Source: an uncultured Thermus sp.
GTDB lineage: Bacteria; Deinococcota; Deinococci; Deinococcales; Thermaceae
DNA length: 64,000 bases
Reading direction: 5' to 3'
Assembly: GCA_947085095.1 (NCBI GenBank)
Contig: CAMTVD010000009.1
Location: 32,199 to 96,198, forward strand
Shown here: positions 30,474-40,177 of the stretch, piece after piece
Numbering within the stretch: the first letter of the stretch is position 1
Layout of the letters: each line of letters starts with the position of its first letter
Notes under the pieces: model-generated
Told to the model about the DNA's origin: nothing
The model's input: the letters and a program-made list of their open reading frames with translations, nothing else
The model's database searches: none
Made by a program: the position numbers and the translations under genes

Positions 30474-32306
30474 CCCCAGCGCCTGAAGCCGCCTGGGGTC
30501 CACCCCCCCCTCCCATCCCGCCAGGCGATGGTAGGCCTTGAGCGCCCCCTGGAAGGCCTCCCTGTCCAGGCGGGCCTCGGCGTTCCCCCGGCGGAAGGGC
30601 TGGAAGAGGCGCTCCGGCAGGCGGTCCTCCTCGGGAGGGATCCCCTCCCGCAGGTTGAAAAGCCGGGTGAGCTGCAGCGTCCTCTCCCCCACCAAAAGCA
30701 TCTCCTCCGGGGCCAAGCGCCAGCCCGTGGCGGCGTAGAGGGCCTCCCGCCACTCCTCGGGGGTCCAGGGGACGAAGTCGCACATCACCAGGCTGTTCAC
30801 GAAGCCCCGCTCCCGGGTCTTGGTCCAGAGCATCCGCACCTTGGCCTCGGAGAGGTCCTCTACGGGCAGGGGGGCGAAGGCCTCCCCGTAGAAGCGAAGC
30901 TCCTCCAGGGCCTTCCCCTCCTTGGTGTAGGCGGTGTCGTGGAGGTTGTGGTTGTGGTCGGCCCCCGTGGGGCTCACCGCATACCCCACCCCCAGGGCCC
31001 GCTTGTACCGGGGGTCGTGCATGGGCACCTCCTGCCCCTTCACGTGCACAGCGAGTTCCGGGTGGCCGAGGGCCTCGGCCAGGCGCCTGGCCCCCAGGGC
31101 CAGAAGGGCCCCAAGCCGCCCCTCCTTCCGGGCCAGGCGCTCAATGGCGGCGATGAGGGCGTCCCCGTTGCCGAAGCGAAGGCCCAGCCCCTCGTCGTCC
31201 AGATACCCCTTTTCCACCGCCTCCATGGCGCAGGCGATGGTGACCCCCACCCCGATCACGTCCAGGCCGTACTGGTTGCAGAGGGTGTTGGCCTTGGTGA
31301 CGGCGTAGGGGTCGGTGACCCCGCACGTGGAGCCCAAGGCCCCCAGCCCCTCGTACTCCGGCCCCCCGTACTCGGGGCGGACATCGTACTTGCCGGTCCC
31401 CTCAATCTTCACCACCTGCTTGCAGCGGATGACGCAGGCGTAGCAGGTGTCGCGGCCGGTGCGGATGCCAAGAGCGTCCAGGCTGGTGCCGTCCAGGGCC
31501 TCCGCCCCCTCCAGGAAGCCGTCCAGGAAGTTGTGGCTGGGGAGGACCCCCCGGAGGTTGAAGGGGCGCACCGCGCCCACGGTCCCCATGGTGATGAGGC
31601 CCGCCGCCCGGTCCATCCGCTCCTTGGCCATGCGCCGGGCCAGCTCCTTGAGGAGGGCGGGGTCGTGGTAGGCGGGAAGGGTCTTCCTGTCGGCCCGGGC
31701 GGAGACCGCCTTGAGCCCCTTGGCCCCCATGACCGCCCCCAAGCCCCCCCGCCCGGCGAAGTGGGCCAGGTCGTGGATCACGTTGGCGGTGAGGACCTGG
31801 TTCTCCCCGGCCAAACCGATCTGGGCGATGCGGGTTTGGGGCCCGTGGACCTCCTTGATGAGGGCCTCCACCTCCAGGGGGTCCTTCCCCCACAGGTGGG
31901 AAGCGGGGTGGATGGCCACCTCCCCCCCCTCCACGTGGAGGTAGACGGGGCCCTCCGCCTTCCCCAGGACCACCAGGGCGTCCACCCCGGCGTTCTTCAG
32001 CTCGGCCCCGAAGAACCCCCCGCCCTCGGCGTCCCCGTACCCCCCGGTGAGGGGGCTCTTGGCGGCCACGGTGTTGCGGCCCGAGCCGGAGACGGGGGTG
32101 CCGGTCAGGACCCCGGGGGCGAAGACCAGGAGGTTCTCCGGGCCCAGGGGATCCGCCCCTTTGGGCACGTGCTTGAGGAGGAGGTAGGCCGCTAAAGCCC
32201 GCCCCCCTAGGTACCTGCGCCAAAAGGCTTCCCCGTAGCTCTCGTACCATACCTCGCCTTGGGAAAGGTCCACGAAGGCCACCCGGTCGTGATATCCCTT
32301 GGGCAT
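30444..32306 (-). CDS. Aldehyde:ferredoxin oxidoreductase family protein (tungstopterin/molybdopterin, 4Fe-4S)
   Basis: KSPLTG, AGRGGLGAVMGAKGLKA, CYACVIRC, GPEYE, FNLREG; ATG at 32306. Confidence 0.92.
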   Translation of the reverse strand: MPKGYHDRVAFVDLSQGEVWYESYGEAFWRRYLGGRALAAYLLLKHVPKGADPLGPENLLVFAPGVLTGTPVSGSGRNTVAAKSPLTGGYGDAEGGGFFGAELKNAGVDALVVLGKAEGPVYLHVEGGEVAIHPASHLWGKDPLEVEALIKEVHGPQTRIAQIGLAGENQVLTANVIHDLAHFAGRGGLGAVMGAKGLKAVSARADRKTLPAYHDPALLKELARRMAKERMDRAAGLITMGTVGAVRPFNLRGVLPSHNFLDGFLEGAEALDGTSLDALGIRTGRDTCYACVIRCKQVVKIEGTGKYDVRPEYGGPEYEGLGALGSTCGVTDPYAVTKANTLCNQYGLDVIGVGVTIACAMEAVEKGYLDDEGLGLRFGNGDALIAAIERLARKEGRLGALLALGARRLAEALGHPELAVHVKGQEVPMHDPRYKRALGVGYAVSPTGADHNHNLHDTAYTKEGKALEELRFYGEAFAPLPVEDLSEAKVRMLWTKTRERGFVNSLVMCDFVPWTPEEWREALYAATGWRLAPEEMLLVGERTLQLTRLFNLREGIPPEEDRLPERLFQPFRRGNAEARLDREAFQGALKAYHRLAGWEGGVDPRRLQALGLEEFQNALA

Positions 32307-32339
32307 AGGCCGAGTATACCTCCCCCTAAAATGGGGGGC

Positions 32340-32876
32340 GTGTGGACCCTCACCCTGGACACCGCCACCCCCTACCTCTCCTTGGGCCTCTTCCGCGGGG
32401 AAGAGGGCCTGGGGAGGGTGGTGCGGGTGGAGAGGCGGCATGAGGAGGTGCTCTTTGACCTCCTGGAGGAGGCCCTGCGGGAGGTGGGAGCCAGGCGGGA
32501 GGAGATCGGCGCCCTGGTCCTGGGGGAAGGCCCAGGCTCCTACACCGGCCTGCGCATCGCCTTGGCGGCGGGGCAGGGCATCGGCCTGGCCTTGGGGGCC
32601 AGGGTCTACGGGATAAGCTCCCTCCTGGCCGCCGCCTGGCCCCACCTGGAGGAGGGGAAGCCCCTCACCCCCCTCTTCACCGCCAAAAACCGGCTCTATT
32701 ACGGGGCCACCTACGTCAAGGAAGGGGGAAGGCCCAAGGTCCTCCTTCCCCCCAAGAAGATGCGGGCGGAGGAGATTCCTTCGGGGTCCCACCTCCTGGA
32801 CGCCCCTCCGGACCCCAGGGGCCTATATGAGCTCCTTCCCTTCGCCCGGGAGGGGGTAGAGCCCCTCTACCTCTAA
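32340..32876 (+). CDS. tsaB: tRNA threonylcarbamoyladenosine biosynthesis protein TsaB
   Basis: LTLDTAT, GEGPGSYTGLRI, C-terminal EPLYL. Confidence 0.9.
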   Translation: MWTLTLDTATPYLSLGLFRGEEGLGRVVRVERRHEEVLFDLLEEALREVGARREEIGALVLGEGPGSYTGLRIALAAGQGIGLALGARVYGISSLLAAAWPHLEEGKPLTPLFTAKNRLYYGATYVKEGGRPKVLLPPKKMRAEEIPSGSHLLDAPPDPRGLYELLPFAREGVEPLYL

Positions 32877-32916
32877 GGGTCCTCAGCCCTTCCCGGCGAA
32901 AGCCAGGGCGGGGTCC

Positions 32917-33570
32917 TTAGTCGGTGGCCACCCCCGGCCATCTGGGCAGGCGGTACTGGTAGCTGGGGAGGGGTTCCTGGAAGGGCACCCCCTTCAGCCT
33001 CTCCGCCATGAGGACCAGGTTCTCCCCGGCGATGCGGGCATCCTCCACAAGCTCATGGTTGTCCCCAGGAGCGGCAAGGCCCCGCCGGTGGGCGTAAACC
33101 AGGCCCAGGGGGGCGAGGACGAAGCCCATGTAGCTGAGGGGCAGGAGCATCTGGGCGAGGGCCTGGGATGCCCCTTCCTCCTCGGCCACGGCCAGGAGGG
33201 CCATGGGCTTGCCCAGGTTGAGGAGGCCCTGGTTCTCCATGGAGGTCATCCGCTCCAGGAGGGCCTTCATCCGGGCGGAGACGCTGAACCAGTAGACCGG
33301 GGTGGCGAAGACCACGGCGTTGGCGTTGAGGATCCGCTCCGCCACCTTGCCAAACCCGTCCCAGGGCCCCTGAACGCAGGTCTCGGGGCCGCAGGAAGCG
33401 GGGTCTAAGGAATAGTTCCCTGCGCACAGGGGGAAGGGGTGCTTCACCAGGTCCAGGCGCTCGGTCTCTGCCCCCTTGCGCCTGGCCGCCCCCAGAACCT
33501 CGTCTAAAAGCTCTGCCGTAAACCCATCCGTCCGCGCCGATGCGTTGACGCCGAGCACGCGTAAGCCCAT
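32917..33570 (-). CDS. Flavodoxin / NADPH-dependent FMN reductase (iron-sulfur flavoprotein-like)
   Basis: VLGVNASARTDGFT, ATPVYWFSVSARMK. Confidence 0.85.
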   Translation of the reverse strand: MGLRVLGVNASARTDGFTAELLDEVLGAARRKGAETERLDLVKHPFPLCAGNYSLDPASCGPETCVQGPWDGFGKVAERILNANAVVFATPVYWFSVSARMKALLERMTSMENQGLLNLGKPMALLAVAEEEGASQALAQMLLPLSYMGFVLAPLGLVYAHRRGLAAPGDNHELVEDARIAGENLVLMAERLKGVPFQEPLPSYQYRLPRWPGVATD

Positions 33571-33597
33571 AGATATCACCCAGGCGCTAAACCGCCT

Positions 33598-33870
33598 TTA
33601 GTTTAGCACGCGCACTTTGGGGGCGGAAGAGCCCGGCCACGAACTCCCCCATGCCCCGGGCCCGCACGGGGTAGCCCCCATAGACTCCCTCCCCCGCCAC
33701 CGACCGCCACCCGGGTGGTGCGGGAGAGGATCTCCCCCTCCTTGAAGAGGGGCCTGAGCACCCGGCTTGGGGTCCCAGTCCCCGGGATCGGGAAGCCGCC
33801 TGGGGTCCACCCCAAGAAGGGCCGGGGCGCAGGCAGTGAAAAGAAAGAGTGGGGGTAAGAGGCGCTTCAC
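33598..33870 (-). pseudogene. Internally deleted, frameshifted remnant of a lipoprotein, probably CrtC/AttH lipocalin-like
   Basis: Lipobox FTAC N-terminus; then VLRPLFKEGEILSRTTRVA in a second frame; then VAGEGVYGGYPVRARGMGEFVAG in a third frame. Confidence 0.6.
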
Positions 33871-33932
33871 ATTGCTATCATTCTACCCATAGAACCTATC
33901 CCCACCCTGCGGCCTGGGTTACAGTAAGGCCC

Positions 33933-34688
33933 GTGACCGACACCCACGCTCACCTGGACTACCTGGAGCCCGAGGAGCTTTCGGAGGTCAGGGCCCACCT
34001 CCCCGAGCTCAAGGCCGTCCTCAGCCTGGGGGTGGACCCCTCCCGCTGGGAAAGGACCCTGGAGCTAGCCCAAGGGAATGTCTATGCGGCCCTGGGCCTC
34101 CACCCCACCTCCGCCCACCTCCTCTCCCCCGAAACAGAGGCGGCCCTACGGCACTACGCCCAAGAAGCAAGCGTCTTGGCCATCGGGGAAACGGGGCTTG
34201 ACTACTACTGGACCCCGGAAACCAAGCCCGCCCAGCTCAGGGCCCTGGACTTCCAGGCCGCCCTGGCCGAGGAGCTGGGGCTTCCCCTCATCCTCCACGT
34301 GCGGAGCAAGGACGGGAAGGCGGAGGAGGACCTGGCCTCCTGGCTCCTCCTCTACAGGCCCAGGAAAGCGGTCCTCCACGCCTACGGCGGCCACCCCGCC
34401 CTGGAGGAGGCGGGGCTAGAGGTGGGGGCCTACTTCAGCTTCGCCGGGCCCCTCACCTACAAAAAGAACGAGGCCTTAAGGGAGGCGGCCCGGAGGCTTC
34501 CCCGAAAGAGGCTTCTGGTGGAAACCGACACCCCCTTCCTCCCCCCCGAGCCCCATAGGGGCAGGCGGAACCGCCCCCACTACGTGCGCTACACCCTAGA
34601 AAAGCTAGCGGAAGTTTTGGGCCTTGCCTTTTCGGAAGCGGAAGCCCTTACCGACGAAAACGCCAGGGCATGCTTTGGCTGGACATGA
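33933..34688 (+). CDS. TatD family hydrolase
   Basis: DTHAHL, GLHP, IGETGLDY, LHVR, VETDTP; GTG start 7 nt after TACAGT. Confidence 0.92.
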   Translation: MTDTHAHLDYLEPEELSEVRAHLPELKAVLSLGVDPSRWERTLELAQGNVYAALGLHPTSAHLLSPETEAALRHYAQEASVLAIGETGLDYYWTPETKPAQLRALDFQAALAEELGLPLILHVRSKDGKAEEDLASWLLLYRPRKAVLHAYGGHPALEEAGLEVGAYFSFAGPLTYKKNEALREAARRLPRKRLLVETDTPFLPPEPHRGRRNRPHYVRYTLEKLAEVLGLAFSEAEALTDENARACFGWT

Positions 34689-34724
34689 AGCCCCTTTCCC
34701 TCGCCGGGGGGCCACCGGCTCGGC

Positions 34725-34753
34725 TTGACCCCAGGGGGGGAAGCCCCTAAACT
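34725..34753 (+). promoter_or_regulatory. sigma70 promoter (TTGACC-17-TAAACT) for the aspS leader
   Basis: Near-consensus hexamers with exactly 17-nt spacing. Confidence 0.75.
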
Positions 34754-34763
34754 GAGGGCCAAC

Positions 34764-34793
34764 ATGTGCCCGCGTTCCCGTAATAACACCTAG
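34764..34793 (+). CDS. Putative 9-aa leader peptide MCPRSRNNT (tandem Asn codons)
   Basis: ATG TGC CCG CGT TCC CGT AAT AAC ACC TAG just after the predicted transcription start. Confidence 0.6.
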   Translation: MCPRSRNNT

Positions 34794-34795
34794 CA

Positions 34796-34842
34796 GGGGG
34801 GCCAGGGTCTAGCCCCCCCGGCGCCCTATGGCCGGGGGGGTT
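34796..34842 (+). promoter_or_regulatory. Mutually exclusive antiterminator/terminator-like hairpins (attenuator)
   Basis: GGGGGGC(34796-802):GCCCCCC(34812-818) competes with CCCCCCCGGC(34813-822):GCCGGGGGGG(34831-840). Confidence 0.6.
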
Positions 34843-34859
34843 CCGCTTAGGGAGGGAAG

Positions 34860-36128
34860 ATGCGCATCTTGGTCAAGGACTTGCAAGCTCACGTGGGCGA
34901 GGAGGTGGAGCTTTTGGGGTTTCTGCACTGGCGCAGGGACCTGGGCAAGGTGCAGTTCCTCCTCCTCAGGGACCGAAGCGGGGTGGTCCAGGTGGTCACG
35001 GGGGGGATGAGGCTTCCCCTGCCCGAGTCCTCCCTGAGGGTCAAGGGGGTGGTGGTGGCGAGCCCCAAGGCCCCGGGGGGCCTCGAGGTCCACGCCAAGG
35101 AGATAGAGGTCCTCTCCCCCGCCCTGGAGCCCACCCCGGTGGAGATCCCCAAGGAGGAGTGGCGGGCCCACCCCGACACCCTCCTGGAGTACCGCTACGT
35201 CACCTTAAGGGGGGAGAAGGCCCGGGCCCCCCTCAGGGTGCAGGCCGCCTTGGTGCGGGGCTTCCGCCGCTACCTGGACCGGCAGGACTTCACGGAGATC
35301 TTCACCCCCAAGGTGGTGCGGGCCGGGGCGGAGGGGGGCTCGGGCCTCTTCGGGGTGGACTACTTTGAGAAGCGGGCCTACCTGGCCCAGTCCCCCCAGC
35401 TCTACAAGCAGATCATGGTGGGGGTCTTTGAGCGGGTCTACGAGGTGGCCCCGGTGTGGCGCATGGAGGAGCACAACACCAGCCGCCACCTGAACGAGTA
35501 CCTCTCCCTGGACGTGGAGATGGGCTTCATTGGGAGCGAGGAGGACCTCATGCGCCTGGAGGAGGAGCTCCTCCAGGAGATGCTGGAGGAAGCCTTGTCC
35601 TCGGCGGGCCGGGAGATCGCCCTTTTAGAAGCGGAGTGGCCCTCCATCCCCAAGGAGATCCCCCGCCTGACCCACAAGGAGGCCCGCAGGCTCCTCAAGG
35701 AGGAGCTGGGCTACCCCGTGGGCCAGGACCTCTCGGAAGAGGCGGAAAGGCTCCTGGGGCAGTACGCCAAGGAACGCTGGGGCACGGACTGGCTCTTCCT
35801 CACCCGCTACCCTCGGGCCATCCGCCCCTTCTACACCTACCCTGAGCCAGACGGCACCACCCGGGGCTTTGACCTCCTCTTCCGGGGCCTGGAGATCACC
35901 TCCGGGGGACAACGCATCCACCGCTACGAGGACCTGTTGGCAAGCCTGGAAGCCAAGGGCATGGACCCGGAGGGCTTTAGGGGCTACCTGGAGGTCTTCA
36001 AGTACGGCATGCCCCCCCACGGGGGCTTCGCCATCGGGGCGGAGCGGCTGACCCAGAAGCTTCTAGGCCTGCCCAACGTGCGCTACGCCCGGGCCTTTCC
36101 CCGGGACCGGCACCGGCTCACCCCCTAA
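34860..36128 (+). CDS. aspS: Non-discriminating aspartate--tRNA(Asp/Asn) ligase (short archaeal-type AspRS2)
   Basis: 422 aa with no GAD insert; YLAQSPQLYKQ, EEHNTSRHLNEY, GMPPHGG, PKAPGG anticodon-domain loop with Pro. Confidence 0.92.
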   Translation: MRILVKDLQAHVGEEVELLGFLHWRRDLGKVQFLLLRDRSGVVQVVTGGMRLPLPESSLRVKGVVVASPKAPGGLEVHAKEIEVLSPALEPTPVEIPKEEWRAHPDTLLEYRYVTLRGEKARAPLRVQAALVRGFRRYLDRQDFTEIFTPKVVRAGAEGGSGLFGVDYFEKRAYLAQSPQLYKQIMVGVFERVYEVAPVWRMEEHNTSRHLNEYLSLDVEMGFIGSEEDLMRLEEELLQEMLEEALSSAGREIALLEAEWPSIPKEIPRLTHKEARRLLKEELGYPVGQDLSEEAERLLGQYAKERWGTDWLFLTRYPRAIRPFYTYPEPDGTTRGFDLLFRGLEITSGGQRIHRYEDLLASLEAKGMDPEGFRGYLEVFKYGMPPHGGFAIGAERLTQKLLGLPNVRYARAFPRDRHRLTP

Positions 36129-36131
36129 AAG

Positions 36132-36159
36132 CCCCGTCCTGGCCTAGGCCAGGACGGGG
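36132..36159. terminator. Perfect 28-bp palindrome between convergent aspS and sdhB
   Basis: CCCCGTCCTGGCCT/AGGCCAGGACGGGG. Confidence 0.65.
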
Positions 36160-36171
36160 ACCCCGAAATCC

Positions 36172-36870
36172 TTAGAAGCGGTCAAAGAGGATGGCCCGCT
36201 TCACCTCCTCAATGAGCTGGGTCACGGGGATCTCCCGGGGACAGGCCTCGGTGCAGTTGTAGGCGGTGCGGCACCGCCAGACCCCGCTCCCCGAGCCCAG
36301 GGCCTGGAAGCGCTCCCTCTTCCCCCGGTCCCGGGAATCAAAGATGAAGCGGTGGGCCTGGACGATGGCCGCGGGGCCCAGATACGCCCCGTTCACCCAG
36401 AAAACGGGACAGCTGGTGGTGCAGGAGGCGCAGAGGATGCACTTGGTGCCGTGGTCAAACCGCTCCCTTTCCTCCGGGGACTGGAGCCTCTCCCGCTGGG
36501 GCGGGGGCTCCTCGTTGATGAGGTAGGGCTTCACCGCCCGGTAGGCGGCGAAAAAGGGCTCCATGTCCACCACCAGGTCCTTCTCCACGGGAAGGCCCCG
36601 GATGGGCTCCACGGTGATCACGCTCCCCAGGTCCTTGACCAGGGTTTTGCAGGCCAGGCGGTTCCTGCCGTTGATGAGCATGGCGTCGGAGCCGCAGATG
36701 CCGTGGCCACAGCTCCGCCGGAAGGCCAGGGTGCCGTCCTGGTCCCCCTTGACCTTGTGCAGGAGGTCCAGAACCCGGTCCCAAGGCTCAGCCTCCACTT
36801 GGTAGGTGCGCCACTGGGGCTTGCCCTCCTTGTTGGGATCAAAACGGAGCACCTTGAGGGTTACCTGCAT
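36172..36870 (-). CDS. sdhB: Succinate dehydrogenase iron-sulfur subunit
   Basis: RRSCGHGICGSD, CILCASCTTSCP, CRTAYNCTEACP. Confidence 0.96.
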   Translation of the reverse strand: MQVTLKVLRFDPNKEGKPQWRTYQVEAEPWDRVLDLLHKVKGDQDGTLAFRRSCGHGICGSDAMLINGRNRLACKTLVKDLGSVITVEPIRGLPVEKDLVVDMEPFFAAYRAVKPYLINEEPPPQRERLQSPEERERFDHGTKCILCASCTTSCPVFWVNGAYLGPAAIVQAHRFIFDSRDRGKRERFQALGSGSGVWRCRTAYNCTEACPREIPVTQLIEEVKRAILFDRF

Positions 36871-36887
36871 GCCGCCTCCTCTACCTC

Positions 36888-38621
<1,734 letters not shown>

Positions 38622-38622
38622 A

Positions 38623-39018
38623 TCACTTCACCTCAAAATCGTGGTTGAAAAGGCTGAGGCTCCCCAGGATGAAGAGGAAGGCGATGAGGCTGTAGACCAC
38701 CACCTTGGTCCAAAACCGCTTAGCGGGATCCCGGATCCAGTCGTCCATCACATAGCGGAGCCCGTTAGCCCCGTGCAGAAGGCCCAGGGCCAGCATGAGC
38801 CAGTCGTAGATTTTCCAGGTGGTCTGGGAAAGTCTCTGGGCCACGTAGTCGTAATCTATCTTGTTCAGGTCCATCACGATGGCGTTCATCCACATGTGGC
38901 CGATGACGAGGAAGACGAGGACCACCCCGGAGATGCGCATGAAGACCCACCAGTAAAGCTCCAGGTTGGAGCTGGCCTCGAGCCGCGCCTCCTGGTACCG
39001 CTTGGACTTAATCGCCAT
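38623..39018 (-). CDS. sdhD: Succinate dehydrogenase hydrophobic anchor subunit
   Basis: MRISG, HGANGLR, three TM segments; ATG at 39018. Confidence 0.9.
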   Translation of the reverse strand: MAIKSKRYQEARLEASSNLELYWWVFMRISGVVLVFLVIGHMWMNAIVMDLNKIDYDYVAQRLSQTTWKIYDWLMLALGLLHGANGLRYVMDDWIRDPAKRFWTKVVVYSLIAFLFILGSLSLFNHDFEVK

Positions 39019-39373
39019 GGCCGCCTCCCAGAATCCCGCCCCCGATCTTGAGCAAAAAGGGCAGGTAGAAGACCACAAAGAGGACCCAGACCCCGTACCA
39101 GAGCTGGCGCTGGTAGCGCACCCCCCACGGGGTGAAGTCCATGAGGATGATCCTCAGGCCGTTGAACCCGTGGTAGAGGACTCCAGCGATAAGGAGAAGG
39201 AGCCCGATCTGAAACACGGGCTGGTGGTAGAACTTCATGAGGGCATTGGAGACCTCCGGTCCCCACATGGCGCTACTGATGTTGGCCACGTGGAGCATCA
39301 GGAAGACCACGATGCCCAGGCCTGAGATCCGGTGCAGGTAAAACGCCCACTGCCCTTCTCTTCCCCTGTACAT
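39008..39373 (-). CDS. sdhC: Succinate dehydrogenase cytochrome b556 subunit
   Basis: LHRISG, YHGFNGLRIIL. Confidence 0.92.
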   Translation of the reverse strand: MYRGREGQWAFYLHRISGLGIVVFLMLHVANISSAMWGPEVSNALMKFYHQPVFQIGLLLLIAGVLYHGFNGLRIILMDFTPWGVRYQRQLWYGVWVLFVVFYLPFLLKIGGGILGGGHGD

Positions 39374-39572
39374 GGCACCTCCTTGCCGGAGGCCATCATA
39401 CCACCCTCACCGCGGCCCCAAAGGTTCCCCAGGGCAAAAAGGCCACCATATACCCCCTCCCTGTATCTAGAGTCCACCAGGACGAGAAAACCCCCCAAAG
39501 CCCCCCACCCCCCCGCACCCCGGGGGTGCCCCCCTGAAGGAAGAAGGGGGATTCCCGCGCCAGGACAAGGTA

Positions 39573-39601
39573 TTGACAGGGGGGGGGAGGGGGGGCATAA
39601 T
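39573..39601 (+). promoter_or_regulatory. sigma70 promoter TTGACA-17-CATAAT with G9-A-G7 spacer
   Basis: Consensus -35, near-consensus -10, 17-nt spacing. Confidence 0.8.
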
Positions 39602-39651
39602 GGGGGGCGTGCCGTGGGGAATACCCCGGGGGGCACGGGAAGGAGGTGGTC

Positions 39652-40089
39652 ATGGTGGAACTCTTTGGATTCGGTCCTCACTTGATGGTGGACGGCTACG
39701 ACGCCAATCCCGAGAAGCTCCGGGACGCTGAGCTGGTGCGGCGGGTTCTGGACGAGCTCCCCGAGGAGATGGAGATGACCAAGGTGCTTCCCCCCTTCGT
39801 CTACAGCTATGGCCCCGGGGGGGAGGACGGGGTCACCGGGGTGGTGATCATCGCCGAAAGCCACATCGCCATCCACACCTTCCCCAAGAAGCGCTTCCTT
39901 TCTATAGACATCTTCTCCTGCAAGGCCTTTGACATGGCCAAGGCCTTACGCAGGCTGGCCGAGACCTTTGAGATCGGCCGCTACGAGACCCACATGATCC
40001 ACCGAGGCAAGGAGTTCCCCAAGGACCCCGAGCTGGCCCGCAAGATCGTCCTGGGGGAGCGGGAGTACCTGGAAGCCCGCGTAAGCTGA
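39652..40089 (+). CDS. speD: Pyruvoyl-dependent S-adenosylmethionine decarboxylase family proenzyme (substrate could be SAM or arginine)
   Basis: FGPHL, GVTGVVIIAESHIAIHTFP autocleavage motif, DIFSC; AGGAGG SD. Confidence 0.88.
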   Translation: MVELFGFGPHLMVDGYDANPEKLRDAELVRRVLDELPEEMEMTKVLPPFVYSYGPGGEDGVTGVVIIAESHIAIHTFPKKRFLSIDIFSCKAFDMAKALRRLAETFEIGRYETHMIHRGKEFPKDPELARKIVLGEREYLEARVS

Positions 40090-40104
40090 ACCCACCCCTT
40101 CCAG

Positions 40105-40128
40105 CCCCGGGTCCGCCCGGGGTCTTTT
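40105..40128 (+). terminator. Intrinsic terminator
   Basis: CCCCGGG-TCCG-CCCGGGG-TCTTTT. Confidence 0.75.
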
Positions 40129-40177
40129 CATGATAGGCTCATCCTTGCTCCCTAGCCTTGATGGAGGAGGCTAAGGT

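Noticed and set aside
34690..34860. T-box riboswitch upstream of aspS
   Set aside because: The leader is only about 100 nt and has no T-box consensus (GGTGGNACCGCG) or Stem I. A uORF attenuator fits better.
10681..36159. Perfect palindromes at 10681, 23750 and 36132 as CRISPR repeats or a MITE family
   Set aside because: They are single copies of different sequence with no spacers or cas genes. Their position between convergent genes fits terminators.
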